From Guillardia theta CCMP2712 (Eukaryota > Protista > Cryptophyta): a stretch of 64,000 nt of DNA. Of the stretch, positions 35,401-50,876 are shown in pieces. Location: positions 319,511 through 383,510 of the forward strand of contig NW_005434639.1 of the NCBI RefSeq assembly GCF_000315625.1. Direction: 5' to 3'. The translations under genes were made by a program, and so were the position numbers. Positions within the stretch are counted from its first letter, which is position 1; every line of letters starts with the position of its first letter. The notes beneath the pieces were generated by a model, which made no database searches, was not told the origin of the DNA, and was given only the letters and a program-made list of their open reading frames with translations.

Positions 35401-38400
35401 CAGGGCTCTTCCCTGCGATGTTGACCGCCGTGATTGTAACGGCTAGGGTGGACTTGGGAAGGACGTCATCAAGAACGATGCTGCAGACACCCAGACAGAC
35501 CGTCAGGTTCTCCATCCTCTCGAAGCCGTAGTAGCTGCCGCTGGACGCTCTCGCATATCGCCCGGAGACGTTGAAATGATACTGGGCCGCTTCAAAGTCC
35601 TGGCCGGGATCTTTGTATGACCACTGAATGGACACGCGATTGAGAGAGATCTGAGTAAGGACGACGTCAAAGACGCTTCGAGGTCTGCTCACGACTGCGA
35701 GCTTCAAGGCCTGCTTGGTCGACACGTTGACTCCGCCGTTCATCGTCCCGCCATCGTCACGCGCAACAACAGAGAAAGTAGTCAAGCCTGTTCCTAACGA
35801 CGTGGCATTGAAGGATAGAGTGCCGCTCGGAGATATCGCGAGGGTGTTAAGGAGGAGGTTCTGAGGCCCGCCTAGGAAGGTGACGCTGAAGGAGATGTTC
35901 TGACTGAGATCCTCGTCAGGAGCTCCCAAGGAGATGTTGCGAAGAGCGTTGGGGACGAGGTTCGATCCGAGGTCGAGGAGGAGGAGGAGTTGGCTAGCGA
36001 CGACGAAGCTCGGGGGGTCATTGACGGGACGCACCACAATGTGCAATGGAATGGGAGAGTAGTGGGTTCGGTCTCCATCCACGAGACTGATGTTCCAGAA
36101 AGCGTCTCCCGAAGCATTGCCTTCTAATTGCAGGTGAAGGCTTCCGTTTAAATCCAATGACGGCGTTACCTTGAACAAATTGTTGCTAGATTCAATCATC
36201 GCACACTGAAAGAAGCCTTGTGAACTGACATAACTGATGTTGGTTGCAACAGAAGTAACGAAGTCAAGCTTTTTGCTATCTTCATCGGTAGTCAGGAAGG
36301 GAAGCTTCAGTACGAAGAATGTGACTGACTTCTCGGATGAAGGAATGTAGACACTCGTCGTCGAGATGTTAGTTGCCATGGGCTCCTGTGACGGCATCGC
36401 ATAAGTCGGTTCGGGTGTGGTTGAGATTACATCCGCAGCATTCGGCATGCCGGTTGCCTTTGGGGGCCATGCTGGATGAGGCAAGTCACCGAGAGTGATG
36501 AGCAACTTGCCGGCAGACGACACGTCACACTGAGGCACTTGGTTCTTGTACAAGCCATTCCAATCCTGTACCGAGTCAATGAGGTTGTTGATCCGCCAGC
36601 TGACCAAGATGTATTGAAGCAAAGCTGTCAAGGCTTCATAGTTCTTGGAGCTCTCTAGTGCCCAGGGAAGGGAGAAGCGAGTCGACCTCAAGTCTCCGTA
36701 CAAGGTGATCCATAAGGGGCCATGGAAGCCGAGGTCGACCTCGAGGCAGGACATGCGAGTCTCGTCTCCCCGCATGTCTCCATCCGACTCCACCAGTGCA
36801 GTTACAACCACAGCAGTTTTCCCTGAGACTGCCACTGACATGGCCACATCCAGCCCGGCAGTCGCAAGAGCAAATCGTTTCAAGAAGCTTGCTGGAGTGT
36901 TGTCAGGCATGTCTCGCAGGACAGCAGATGCTTTGACGTGTAGGAGGGAAGGAAATGAAGGGACGAGAAATCCGAGAGGAGCGCCTCTTCTTTCCAAGAC
37001 GTCTACAGCCCCTGCATACTTCCCTCCGTTGCCCAAGCTCAAAGTGACGATGTGATCCAAGTCGACCTTGACTGGCGTGTGGGGTATAATCAGAATCGTT
37101 GTGATGGATCCATTTAACAATCTCTGTTCAGAGTTCCAGTCGTAGTCACCTCTCCCGATCAGAAGGAAGTTTTCCTCACCATCCTTTCTCAATCTGGCGG
37201 TAACTCCATATGGTCCAGCGTTGAGACTGTACGATCCCTCTGCAGCAATTGCATACAGCTGGCGGTTGCTGATAGTCAGAAGATTTGTTACGGTCATGTT
37301 GGCATTTAACCCCTTGCCCCTCACATCATATTCAGCGATCAAGCTAAGGTCAATCAGTTCGTTTCCTAGAAGAGCGGCTCTTGAAATCAACTTCACCATT
37401 CCCCCTGGTTTGAGCATGACTAGCTCGCGGAGATCTCCACAAACATCCAGGGCAAACCAATGTCTCTCACCAATCCAAAGGCTGGCAAGAACACTTCCAT
37501 GCGCATAGTCCCATCCTCGGCTCAACAAGCCTTGGATCACAAGATCAATAGAGGTCAACTTACTCTCAGCCCAGCTACTAGAAAGATGGATTTCAGACGG
37601 AAGGCAAGACCAACCAAGACAATCACCCGAAGCATTTGCAAACCCAACAAGATTATTAGATCCAATCAGAGCATTCAGTGAACTACTCCCTGCCAAACGA
37701 GCATCCGACACCACTCCATTGAGAGACATTTCTATGTCAACCTGCCTCTTCTGGTTCCACAACGCTACCAGGCCTGGAGCCAGGTGCAGCTTCCTTTCTG
37801 TCTTGGGCTCGTCGCAGGACGGCCAGCAGCTTCCGGAGCTGCACGACAAAGAACATGCCCTGATTTGATGATAGTATGTGGAGAAGGTCAGGCCTCCGCT
37901 CGACTCTAGGCTGCCGCCTCCTGCTAGCGGCCCGAGCCCAAGGCTTGTCGAGTAGTTGGCTGCGAGCAGCTCCTCTCTCTGCGTCACGTCATCGAATGTC
38001 GTCCCGGCCTCCGTCGACGAGCTCGAGGGCCACGGCGTGTACTGGTCGGTCTTGGTGTACTTGCCTGCTATCGACCCCGTCCAGTCGACCAGAGGCTCTG
38101 AGTCATAGCCCACATGGAGCACGCTTGACCCGTCCAGAGCTTCATTCAGCGTCGCCCCGTCAAGCGTCATGGTCATGTCGATCTTCTTTTTCTGGTTCCA
38201 CAACGCTACCAGGCCTGGAGCCAGGTGCAGCTTCCTTTCTGTCTTGGGCTCGTCGCAGGACGACCAGCAGCTTCCGTAGCTGCACGACGAAGAACATGCC
38301 CTGATTTGATGATAGTATGTGGAGAAGGTCAGGCCTCCGCTCGACTCTAGGCTGCCGCCTCCTGCTAGCGGCCCGAGCCCAAGGCTTGTCGAGTAGTTGG

Positions 38401-40888
38401 CTGCGAGCAGCTCCTCTCTCTGCGTCACGTCATCGAATGTCGTCCCGGCCTCCGTCGACGAGCTCGAGGGTATCGGCGTGTACTGGTCGGTCTTGGTGTA
38501 CTTGCCTGCTATCGACCCCGTCCAGTGCAAGAGTTTGTTATTTTGGAAAAGTAAAGTGACATCTCCATTCATAGATAGCAAGTTTGCTTTCAAATTGTTG
38601 ATCAGATTTGCATCAAAGTAGATTAATTTGTGATTGTTATCCTCTACATTGAGCACTGCTCCGAAATTCCCATCTAATAGGGACATTTGTGGCCAAGATG
38701 CTCCCGCATGGATGTTCCAGTTCAGCAAGCGATGAGAATTCAATTCAAAGTTTATCTTTCCTTGCAAATCAACACTTCCTTGCCCGGGCAATATGAAACT
38801 GAGGCTCGTATCAGTTTTTAGCAGAGATCGGTTCTCCCATCGAATGTCTGCAAGAAGGAAGATTCCTTCGAATCCGTTGTTTCCAGGCTTGTTGTCTCCT
38901 AGGAAGAGGGTCACTCGGAACTTTTCTTTTCGATCTTTTCTATCTTTGGCAATAAGATTGATACTTATTTCATCATTTCGGAGTACTAACCCTCCATCAA
39001 TGCTGCCGTCCAGTATCGTTGAGTCCCCGATGCTGAAGCTGACGCTAGCCAGCCCTTCGATCTTCCCCATCTCTCTGACCTCTCGTGCTAGCAAGGCAGC
39101 ATCTGCCATGTACCAATCCTGGGAGCTGGTTTGCATCTTGGAAGACAATGTCCAATTCAAAGGCAACAAGAAGAGTTGATCCACCTTGTTAAGTTGCCGC
39201 CTAGCTGCAGTATTGACCCACTCCCAATTCATGGTGCCCTGCGAGTCAACAAGTCTGACAATCGCAAACAAGATGCTTGATCCCTCTAGACTCCCCGTGC
39301 CGGTTTTACTTGCAATCCCGATGTCCACTTCCAACGAATGCTTGACGAGTACAGTGCTGCCTACCTCAACGTCCAGGGCACAAATCAGCGAGAGACTGTC
39401 GTCTAGGACATCGAGGTACGGTTGACTTTGCCCTGCATTGAATCCAATTAGTTCGTATGCCCTGACCAGGTCAATCTTTGTGAATTCGGCGACATTAGCA
39501 TGACCATATATAACCGGATCACCTTGCCCTGATAAGAAGTAACTGATGTCCGCAAAAGTTATTTCCAAGGATGGTAGTTTATGAGGATCAAAGAGAAATG
39601 AAAAATTTGGTATCTTTTGTTCTGAAATCAGATTGTTTTCCAATGAGCCACAAACCTGAAGTCTCCATCGCTGAACAAAATCAGCTTCAAAACAATTCAA
39701 ATTCTGATTCCCAACCCATCCGGATCGAGGATGCATCTTTCTATGAAAATTTGTCTGCACTGGATACAGCTTGATGAAAAATGAATTTCGGCTTCCCAAC
39801 AGATTCCGGAACAACGCTGAGCTCGAACCTGATGTCAAAAAGGTAACTGAAATCCCAGAAACAGGATGAGTGGTCAGATAGTTCGTAAAGACTTGTACAA
39901 TTGGCCGGATGCTGCTGCTGTTGCATTTTCCATGAGCGCAAGTAATGAAAAAATTTGCTCGTGTTCGAGAAATCTGATCGAGATGAGTAGAGCCATTTCC
40001 CTTTTGCGAGATCAGCAGCCACTGGGTGGGTAAAGTCCCAATCCTTACAACTCCATTCGGTTGCTTTGAGCTCGATTCCTGGAACTGTGACTCGGTCCCA
40101 TAAAACGCTTCGGCCCCTATATCAAAAGAGATTTCAGGGACGTGAACGTATACAGCAGAAATCAATCCACTCGAATCAAAGATTAAGGGGAGTCTGGGTT
40201 TCAAGATCAGAGCAATCTCCTCTTTAGGAACGACGAACATGCTTGCAAAATCCTTGAGATCTTCTGCTTGAAAGAGATTCAGAGCAAGGTTCAAGACAGA
40301 GGCCAAGGATTGTGAATCGGTAGATCGACGTGAAATCTTCCCCATCTCATAACTCAGGAATTTCGTGAGGTTTCTCGTCTGCGTCTTCTGATACAGACCC
40401 CAATAGAGGTCGGCCTTCACCTCAAGGAAACATTCCACCTTGAGTCTGAGAAGCGCCCCATGCCAGGACATGAACTGCGAGAAGTCGACGTCGGTGACGT
40501 TGACACCTCCTCGGAGCGACTGAGAGTCAGAGCTCTGACCCATGACTTGAACAGGCCCGTCGATGTTGATTTGCACAAGGTGCAGCCAATAGTAAGTTGC
40601 CGAGAGGAAAGAAACATTGCAAATCGCTGATTCAAATTGAATGTCATGCAGCATAGAAGCCTGCGAGGGGGCGGTTGCGGTTGCATTGAACACGATCGCA
40701 TCTCTTTCAGAGGCGACATGCAGAACAATTCCTTGAGGATGAAGCATCATGTCTTTCTTGGGTAGGGTGAAAACGACGAAAATCGCAATGCCAGCCAAAA
40801 GAAGCAGAATCAGAGCAGCAGCTGCGAGGTACCGGTATCGACGATTCGAGACTTTCTTCATTGCCTCTTCCTCCTCAGGAGACTCCAT
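23434..40888 (-). CDS. Giant (~5,700 aa) polycystin-like adhesion/receptor protein: N-anchor, beta-rich region, cadherin-like + FN3 repeats, IPT/TIG, REJ, GPS-like, DUF4215-like/EGF, ZU5, TM, acidic tail; 1-bp frameshift near 32473
   Basis: ORFs 32453-40921, 25236-32465 and 23730-25208 join via a 1-bp deletion (relative to the repeat copies) and intron 25220-25279 (SVCG|DGRVTGKEECDDGN). Motifs: VNDAPSF/DDGG; AVNIAGKS; LDAGDSKDPD..FTWTC; VNLAPSGGQCSVQPTQG; CVMW..WSSETC..QCSC; LEPTGATFLKPLTL..HFS; TM VIVGVTVSCGVVALVAAGLFAYY. The 3' end is approximate. Confidence 0.85.
23795..23990 (-). repeat. 30-bp coding tandem repeat (~6 copies) encoding GEGEGD[Y/D]DKK
   Basis: Unit cttcgccttcgcctttcttatcat(c/a)atctc seen directly. 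Confidence 0.9.
32020..36020 (-). repeat. Three near-identical 1329-bp (443-aa) tandem coding repeats
   Basis: Matching shadow ORFs at 33214/34543/35872 (period 1329). Only a handful of differences are visible between copies. Confidence 0.97.
37750..38527 (-). repeat. 441-bp-period coding duplication (2 copies) with Cys cluster
   Basis: Shadow ORFs at 37876 and 38317 share sequence. Protein WTGSIAGKYTKTDQY...RACSxSCSxGSCWxSCDEP...LWNQK occurs twice. Confidence 0.95.
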
Positions 40889-41254
40889 CTTGGAATTATA
40901 CCAGCACGCAGGGTCGAGCAAGATACAGCCTTCAAGGAGGAAATCACGCGGGTGGATTGAGGGAGTTTGACGCAGAGGAGAGAGCGAAATGCATGAGGAG
41001 AGATCTACCAGAGGAAGGGAAGGAGGGAGAGGTGAAGGAAGTGCATGCTGGGGTGGGGGAAAGAAGGAAGTAAAAGAAAGTCGTCAAGCAGGGGGATAGG
41101 TGAGGCTGTTGACGTCACGCTCGTGGAACAAGAGGGTACGATGATACCCTTCTTGTAATAGAGACTCACCTATAAAAACTATCAGGAGCTCATGGATCCA
41201 ATGCCGTGGCCTTCGAGTGAACCGTCAAGTTTGACGGATGGGGGTAGGGTAGAC

Positions 41255-42330
41255 CCGGCGTCGACCGAGGGGTGGGGTACTACTAATAATCTTTTTTTCG
41301 GCGACAGCACCCACCCTGTCCATACCACGAGGCTCCACCTGATGCCTCCTATATGGAAGGGGTGGTGGGTGACGCGTCATTTGAGTTTTAAAACGTCAAC
41401 TTGTAGTAAAAACAGCTACCTATTTGTACAGGAAATGTAGTACTGCTGTCCTCCAGCAGTACTGGAACTGCAGACTCAGTGCAATGGTAAAATAGGTACA
41501 CTCGACCATTCGGCGTACAACTGAGTGACTTATAACTTAATAATTTCGGGTAAATAGATACAGTAGTTGAAGGCCTGGACTGAGTGCTCTGAGGCCGGAC
41601 GTCAGCAGGGGGTGCAGAAACAATAATAGAGGTCTTATGGATGTCCCTCTGAATAGCGTTGGGTACTACCCCCCCCCACCAAGTAGTTAACCTTGAGCAA
41701 GGGGTAAAAACCTAGGTTAAATTTACATATGTGATGCTGGTTGTTTCTCCCCAAATGAAGATGTTTTCCCGAGCCCACCTCGCCGTGTCACCACATGTGA
41801 TTCCGGAGGCACTGTTGTGAGCGTTACCGCCTGTTCAATTGGACCTTGTGGGGCCTCGATACGCCGCTATAATGCCGCTTTCAATTGTACAGAGTGCGCT
41901 AATGTCCGGCCTTTTTTTTTTACAGCATCCTTCTTTTTTTTTTCCTTTTTCTTCCCCTTCAGTACAGAAGATTACAGCCTTTTACTCAAAGTTAAGTCAA
42001 AAATCATTACGAGTATCAGATCACGTGACGTTCTTTTTAACCTGTCCTTTCCCGTGCAGTGCCCGAGTCAAATCAAGTTCAGTGAACGCTCTACGGGACG
42101 GTCGGTGACCGGGCCCGGCCCGATGGGCCCACCGGTCACCCGGTGCCGGCGCCACTGCCGGCGATCTCAGTGAGTCACAGAGGATCACACCCGTGTAAAA
42201 GCAAACATGGAGGGGTGGGGGTGGGGGTCTTTGCAAAGGTTCATACCACGGGGTGTTTTTAGTCTTAAGTGGAGTTGAAGAATGGGGTGGGTACATGAGA
42301 CCCACGCAAACTTATGGGATGGGGTTGAGG
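41255..42330. promoter_or_regulatory. Divergent intergenic region with GGGGT/ACCCC motifs and a CCGG island (42060-42180)
   Basis: Lies between the giant gene (-) and MTRR (+). Mixed-orientation motifs at 41255-41715; gaccgggcccggcccgatgggcccaccggtcacccgg island; GGGGT motifs at 42210-42325. Confidence 0.45.
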
Positions 42331-42865
42331 TTCCAAGCGCCCATGCGAACGAAACTAGAAGCTCTTCTCGCTCCCTCTTGCGACTATCTGACCTCAACAA
42401 GCCCCACTCCTGCTTCCTCTTCCTCCCTCCCCAACCTCACTCACCCCCTCCCGCTCTCCCTCTCTCTCTCATGCTCCCTCGCCGCCTCTTCCCCTCGGTT
42501 TCCTTTCCTCCTCTCTTCCATATTTGTCATCGTTGTTAAGCCCACCCCCGCTCCCCTGCGTATTTCCCTTTTCAAGACTCATGCTCCATTCCTGACTGCC
42601 ATCGGCATACCATACCTTATTCCTCCCTTTCGAATTCACATCAGATAACGAGGATGGCAATTTTAGCTGCAGAATGTTTCACATACCTCCTTCTTTACAT
42701 ACCTCATGTCCTTTCTTGATGTCTTATTTGTTTTATGCTGTATTGTCACGGAAAATCATCGATCCACTGCTAATTCATCAGCTGAACATCAAGTGCAACC
42801 TTTTCATAGTCACTTTCATGCGCCTTGTAAGATTCATGCAGCTGTTCTGAAATGTTTTTAAAGGA

Positions 42866-45560
42866 ATGGTGCTCCAAGACGGTTTCGGGGAAGTGGTCGT
42901 GCTGTTCGGATCGCAGACAGGAAACGCAGAGGCGATCGCCGGCAGGATCAGCAAAGACATCTCGAGCAAGGGAGGGTCATGCTCGCTGCTGTGCATGAAG
43001 GACTACGAGAAGATCGACCTGACTCTGGAGCGAGCTGTGATCGCCGTGGTGTCTACGACAGGGCAGGGAGACGCTCCGGAGAACGCGAGCAAGTTCTTCC
43101 GCTTCGTGAAGGGGAGGACGCATCCCAAGACGCTGCTTGGCGCGTGGCGGTTTGCGGTGAGGAAGGGGAGAGAGGAAAGGGGAGGGAGAGCGCAAAGCCA
43201 GTGAGGACGAGCGGGGAAGAGGCACAGGGGAGGCTGAGGGGGCAGGAGAGGCAGCGGAGAGGGGAAGGGGAGGAGGGAGATAGATGACGAGGGAGGGAGC
43301 GCAGGTGCTGGGGCTCGGGGACACGAACTACGACCAGTTCTGCAAGCCAGGCAAGGTTCTAGACAAGCGGCTGGAGGAGCTGGGAGCAAGGTAGGGAGGG
43401 GAGAGGAGGAGAAAGGACAGGAGAGGGGGACGGGGAGACGAGGGCAGGCGGGGCTGGGCGAGGGAGAAAGGGAGAGAGGGGGGAGGGAGAAAGGGAGGGA
43501 GGAGGACCGGGCAGGGGAGGAGGGAGCAGCTAGGAGGGTAGGAGGGAGGGAGGGCAGGTAGAGAGAGGCGAGGAAGTCACGCTTGGCGGGCAGGCGGCTT
43601 GTGACGGGTCCATCGGGAGCAGCGGGAGAGCACGGAGGGCCAGGAGGAGCAGCAGACGAGGCTGAGGGGGGCTTGAGGCGACGGTGGAGCCCTGGGTACA
43701 GCACCTGTACAAGGTTCTTGACTCCCACGGTGAGCTATGCTTTCCTGTCTCTCCCTACTCACTGCCTTCAGGATGGCTGCAATCAGCCGTCAGCTTTCCG
43801 TCACCTCCCGCCCCCTCTCAGGCTGTCCCAGAGCTCCTATTGCCTCCTGCGCAGGTCGGCAAGGATAGTGAGAGCGCAAACGAGGTGAGAGCAGCTGGGA
43901 CGGCGTCGTCGCTGATCGATGGAGGAGCAGGTACCCGACAAAGACAAGGTGCATCTGATTCAGGACATCGCTGGTGGCTGGAAGGAGGTGAAGGGTGGGG
44001 AGGCGCTTCTCAAGGGCAAGTACGGTGTGCTTCCTCGACCCACCGCGTTGAACCTCAGCATCGAGGACAGCATCGAGGACAGCAGCGAGGGCTCGTCGCA
44101 GAGTCTCTCCTTCGGTGCCTCACAGCCTGGTACAAGATGATGCTGTTCTCCTCCTCCCCCTGATTCTTTGCTGGCAGAGCGACGATATCCAGCGCGCGTG
44201 ACGTCATGGCGATACCTGACCACTGAGGTGACGAAGAGGGAAAGGCGATGGCGGGGCTGACCCTATCGAGCAGCAAAGCGGAGATAGGATCGTAGTGGAG
44301 CTGGAGCTTGACATCTCCAACGTGGACTGGACGTACGCGCCTGGCGACAGCATCGGCATCGACTGCTGCAACGACGAGGAGGTTGTGAGGAAGCTTCTTG
44401 CCCGGCTGGGCGAAGACCCAGACCGAGTGGTGAAGATCAGCAGCAGCGCAGGAGGTCCGAGTGCAGCGCCTTCCTCCACTGCAGCTGTGCCGCAGCACCT
44501 GGAGGGGCTTGGGAGCATCTCGCTGCTGAGGCTGGTGCAGAGGATGGTTGACATCCGATCGATCCCCAAGAAGGCGGTGCTGAGGCTCATGGCCGATCAC
44601 TGCGCCGATGCGGCAGAGGCAGACGACCTGTACCTCCTCTCCTCCATCAAGGGCAAAGATCGTTTCAAGCAGGAGATCGAGCTTGAGTGCCCCACCATCG
44701 ACGAGATCCTCGAGCGCTATCCCTCCTGCAAGCCGCCACTTGCTCTCCTTCTGCAGGTTCTCCCCGCCCTGAGCCCTCGCTTCTACTCCATCGCCAGCAG
44801 CCCCCTCGTCCAGCCCTCGCGCGTTCGCTTCGCCTTCTCTGTGGTGCGCTGGAAGACGCCCAAGGGCGTGGAGAGGAAGGGCCTTTGCACCAACTGGCTG
44901 CACCTTCTCTGCACCGAGTGGTACAGCAAGTCGCAGATGGAGGGAGCCAGCAGCCCCGTCCTCAACGTCTTCATCGCACCCAGCAAGGAGTTCAAGCTCC
45001 CCGAGGACTCCTCCTGCCCCATCATCATGGTGGGCCCCGGCACAGGCGTCGCTCCCTTCGTCGGCTTCCTGCAGCATCGCAACACCCTCGCGGAGGAGAG
45101 GAAGGCAGAGCAGCAGTCGATGGGCGACAGATGCTTGGGGAGGTGGAGGGGGATGATGATGGAGCTCGAGGACGAGACGGTGGAGGCAGCAGCGCAGGGG
45201 CTCATGTGGCTCTTCTTCGGGTGCAGGCATCCGGATCACGACTACCTGTACAAGCAGGAGCTGGAGAGGCTCCAGCGGGAGGAGGCGATGCTCCTTTCCG
45301 TTGCCTTCTCGCGGCTCTCGGACAAGAAGGTCTACGTGCAGCACAAGATGGAGGAGGCGGGCGAGGAACTCGTGAAGCTCCTCCTCCGTCCTGACTCGCT
45401 CCTGTACGTCTGCGGGGACGGGGCGCACATGGCCAAGGACGTGAGGTCGACGGTAGTGAAGCTGCTGGCGAAGCACGGGGAGATGGAGGCGGCGGAGGCT
45501 GAGAAGCTTGTGACCGGGTGGATGCACAAGGGGAAGTACTTGCAGGACATCTGGTCGTAA
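42866..45560 (+). CDS. MTRR: Methionine synthase reductase (diflavin FMN/FAD/NADPH reductase); apparent 1-bp frameshift at G-run 43666-43671
   Basis: [96 protein letters not shown]-terminus YLQDIWS. Confidence 0.88.
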
Positions 45561-45580
45561 ATCGCTCTGCTCCTCTCCCT

Positions 45581-49427
<3,847 letters not shown>

Positions 49428-49680
49428 GCCGCGTTGGCTGCGATTGAACGGGAGGATCCTTGAGGGAGGGAGGAGAGGTCTAGGAGGAGGAGGAACAGGC
49501 GTGAGAGCGGCAGGAGGAGGAGCACGAGGGACAGCAGGATCGGCGGCTGTGAAGGTTGACCTGGAAGGCAACAGAGACGTCGCAAGGGGAGAGGGCGAGG
49601 CGTGGAGCGTGGACGGGCGGGTTGGAGTGCTTCGAGTCCTTGCTTGGCATCTCACAAGACGCGCGGGCGATGAGCGAGAA

Positions 49681-50755
49681 ATGAAGAGAGAAGGTCGGAG
49701 AGCTCAGGTGGACTTGAGAACAGAAGCAAAGGTGAGAGCAGGCGAGTTGGGGAAGGAGGAAGTGGAGGATGGAGGAAGAAGCAGCCTGATATCGTCTTGT
49801 GTCAGGTTCTTAGCCCGTTGATCTCTCAGTGGAAGAAGCTCTACGAGCATGGCGAGGTCGATGCTGCCAGCTTCGCGGGTGCGTTCGTTCTCGCCTACCT
49901 GAGCGTCAGGCATGGGCGCTGGACGGGGGGTCGGCTGGATGCCTCGGCTTACGGGGGAGGAGCCGTGCAGGACGTCAAGTCAAGTCCCGTGCGGAAGTTC
50001 GAGGGGCTGGAGGAGCTGCTGGGAGACGTCTCGCGATGGTTCAAGGAGGAGGAGCAGGAGGAGCTGACTGTGCTCGATATCCTCTCAACTCTCAAGCTCG
50101 ACGGCATCAAGAAGAACAAGGATAACCTTGCCAACCGCTCCCTCGTCTGCTGGCTCTTGGCTGCCCGCCCCTTCGTGCTCATGTTCCGCATCCCCTCCCC
50201 GATCGAGGTGCTCAAGATGCAGGCGAGGGGGGAGCGAGTGGTGACGATGTTGACGAGCGAGGAGGAGCTGAGCTCCAAGCACACGGCTCCTCTGCGGTAC
50301 ATGGAGGGCGAGAAACTGCACAGCCGGGATGCTCTAGAGTTTCTCGTCCACGACCTCGCGCACATGGAGAAGTTCGTGGACAAGGAAGTGTATGAGGAGC
50401 AGTGGGATTCTTCCGGAGCATGCTGGAGCTGGACGAGGAGGGGCCTCGCCGGTTCCTGCGGAGGTTCGGAGGGGACGAGCAGCTGTGGGCAGAGGTGGAG
50501 TACTGCATCTCAGACATGAACTGCTGCTGCACGCACCTGCTCAAGTACCTCAAGGCTAAGCTCTTCCTTGCCCGCGATCGCTCCTCCTCCTTCCTCTTCC
50601 ACGCCTGCTGGGCCGAACTGCTCCGCTCCTTCGGAGTCGAAAGAGGGTCGAAGGAGGAGGAGGCAATGGAGGGCGTGGGGTTCAGAGCGATGCGGGAGGA
50701 CGAGTCTGATTGCATCCGCAAACACTTCAGGTCGCGTGCGGGGCTGAACAAGTGA
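49681..50755 (+). CDS. Conserved-looking hypothetical protein with HDxxH motif; apparent 1-bp frameshift near 50402
   Basis: IPSPIEVLKMQARGERVVT, RDALEFLVHDLAHMEKF..YEEQ then (frame change) VGFFR..EYCISDMN..HLLKYLKAKL. One 5' intron. Confidence 0.65.
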
Positions 50756-50876
50756 CGAGTCGAGGGAGGGGGGTGGTAGGGGGAGGGCGACGAGGAAGGC
50801 AAACTTTATTCCACAAACGAACATCAACAAATTTTCCTTCTCCTCTCCAACATTCTCTTCGTTCTCTTCTCATTCT

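Noticed and set aside
32406-35531. Repeated + strand ORFs within the 1329-bp repeats
   Set aside because: Antisense shadows of the giant minus-strand CDS.
21140-42330. Giant gene as cargo of a mobile element bounded by G-rich arrays
   Set aside because: No terminal inverted repeats, target-site duplication, transposase or integrase seen, and the same arrays occur beside ordinary genes.
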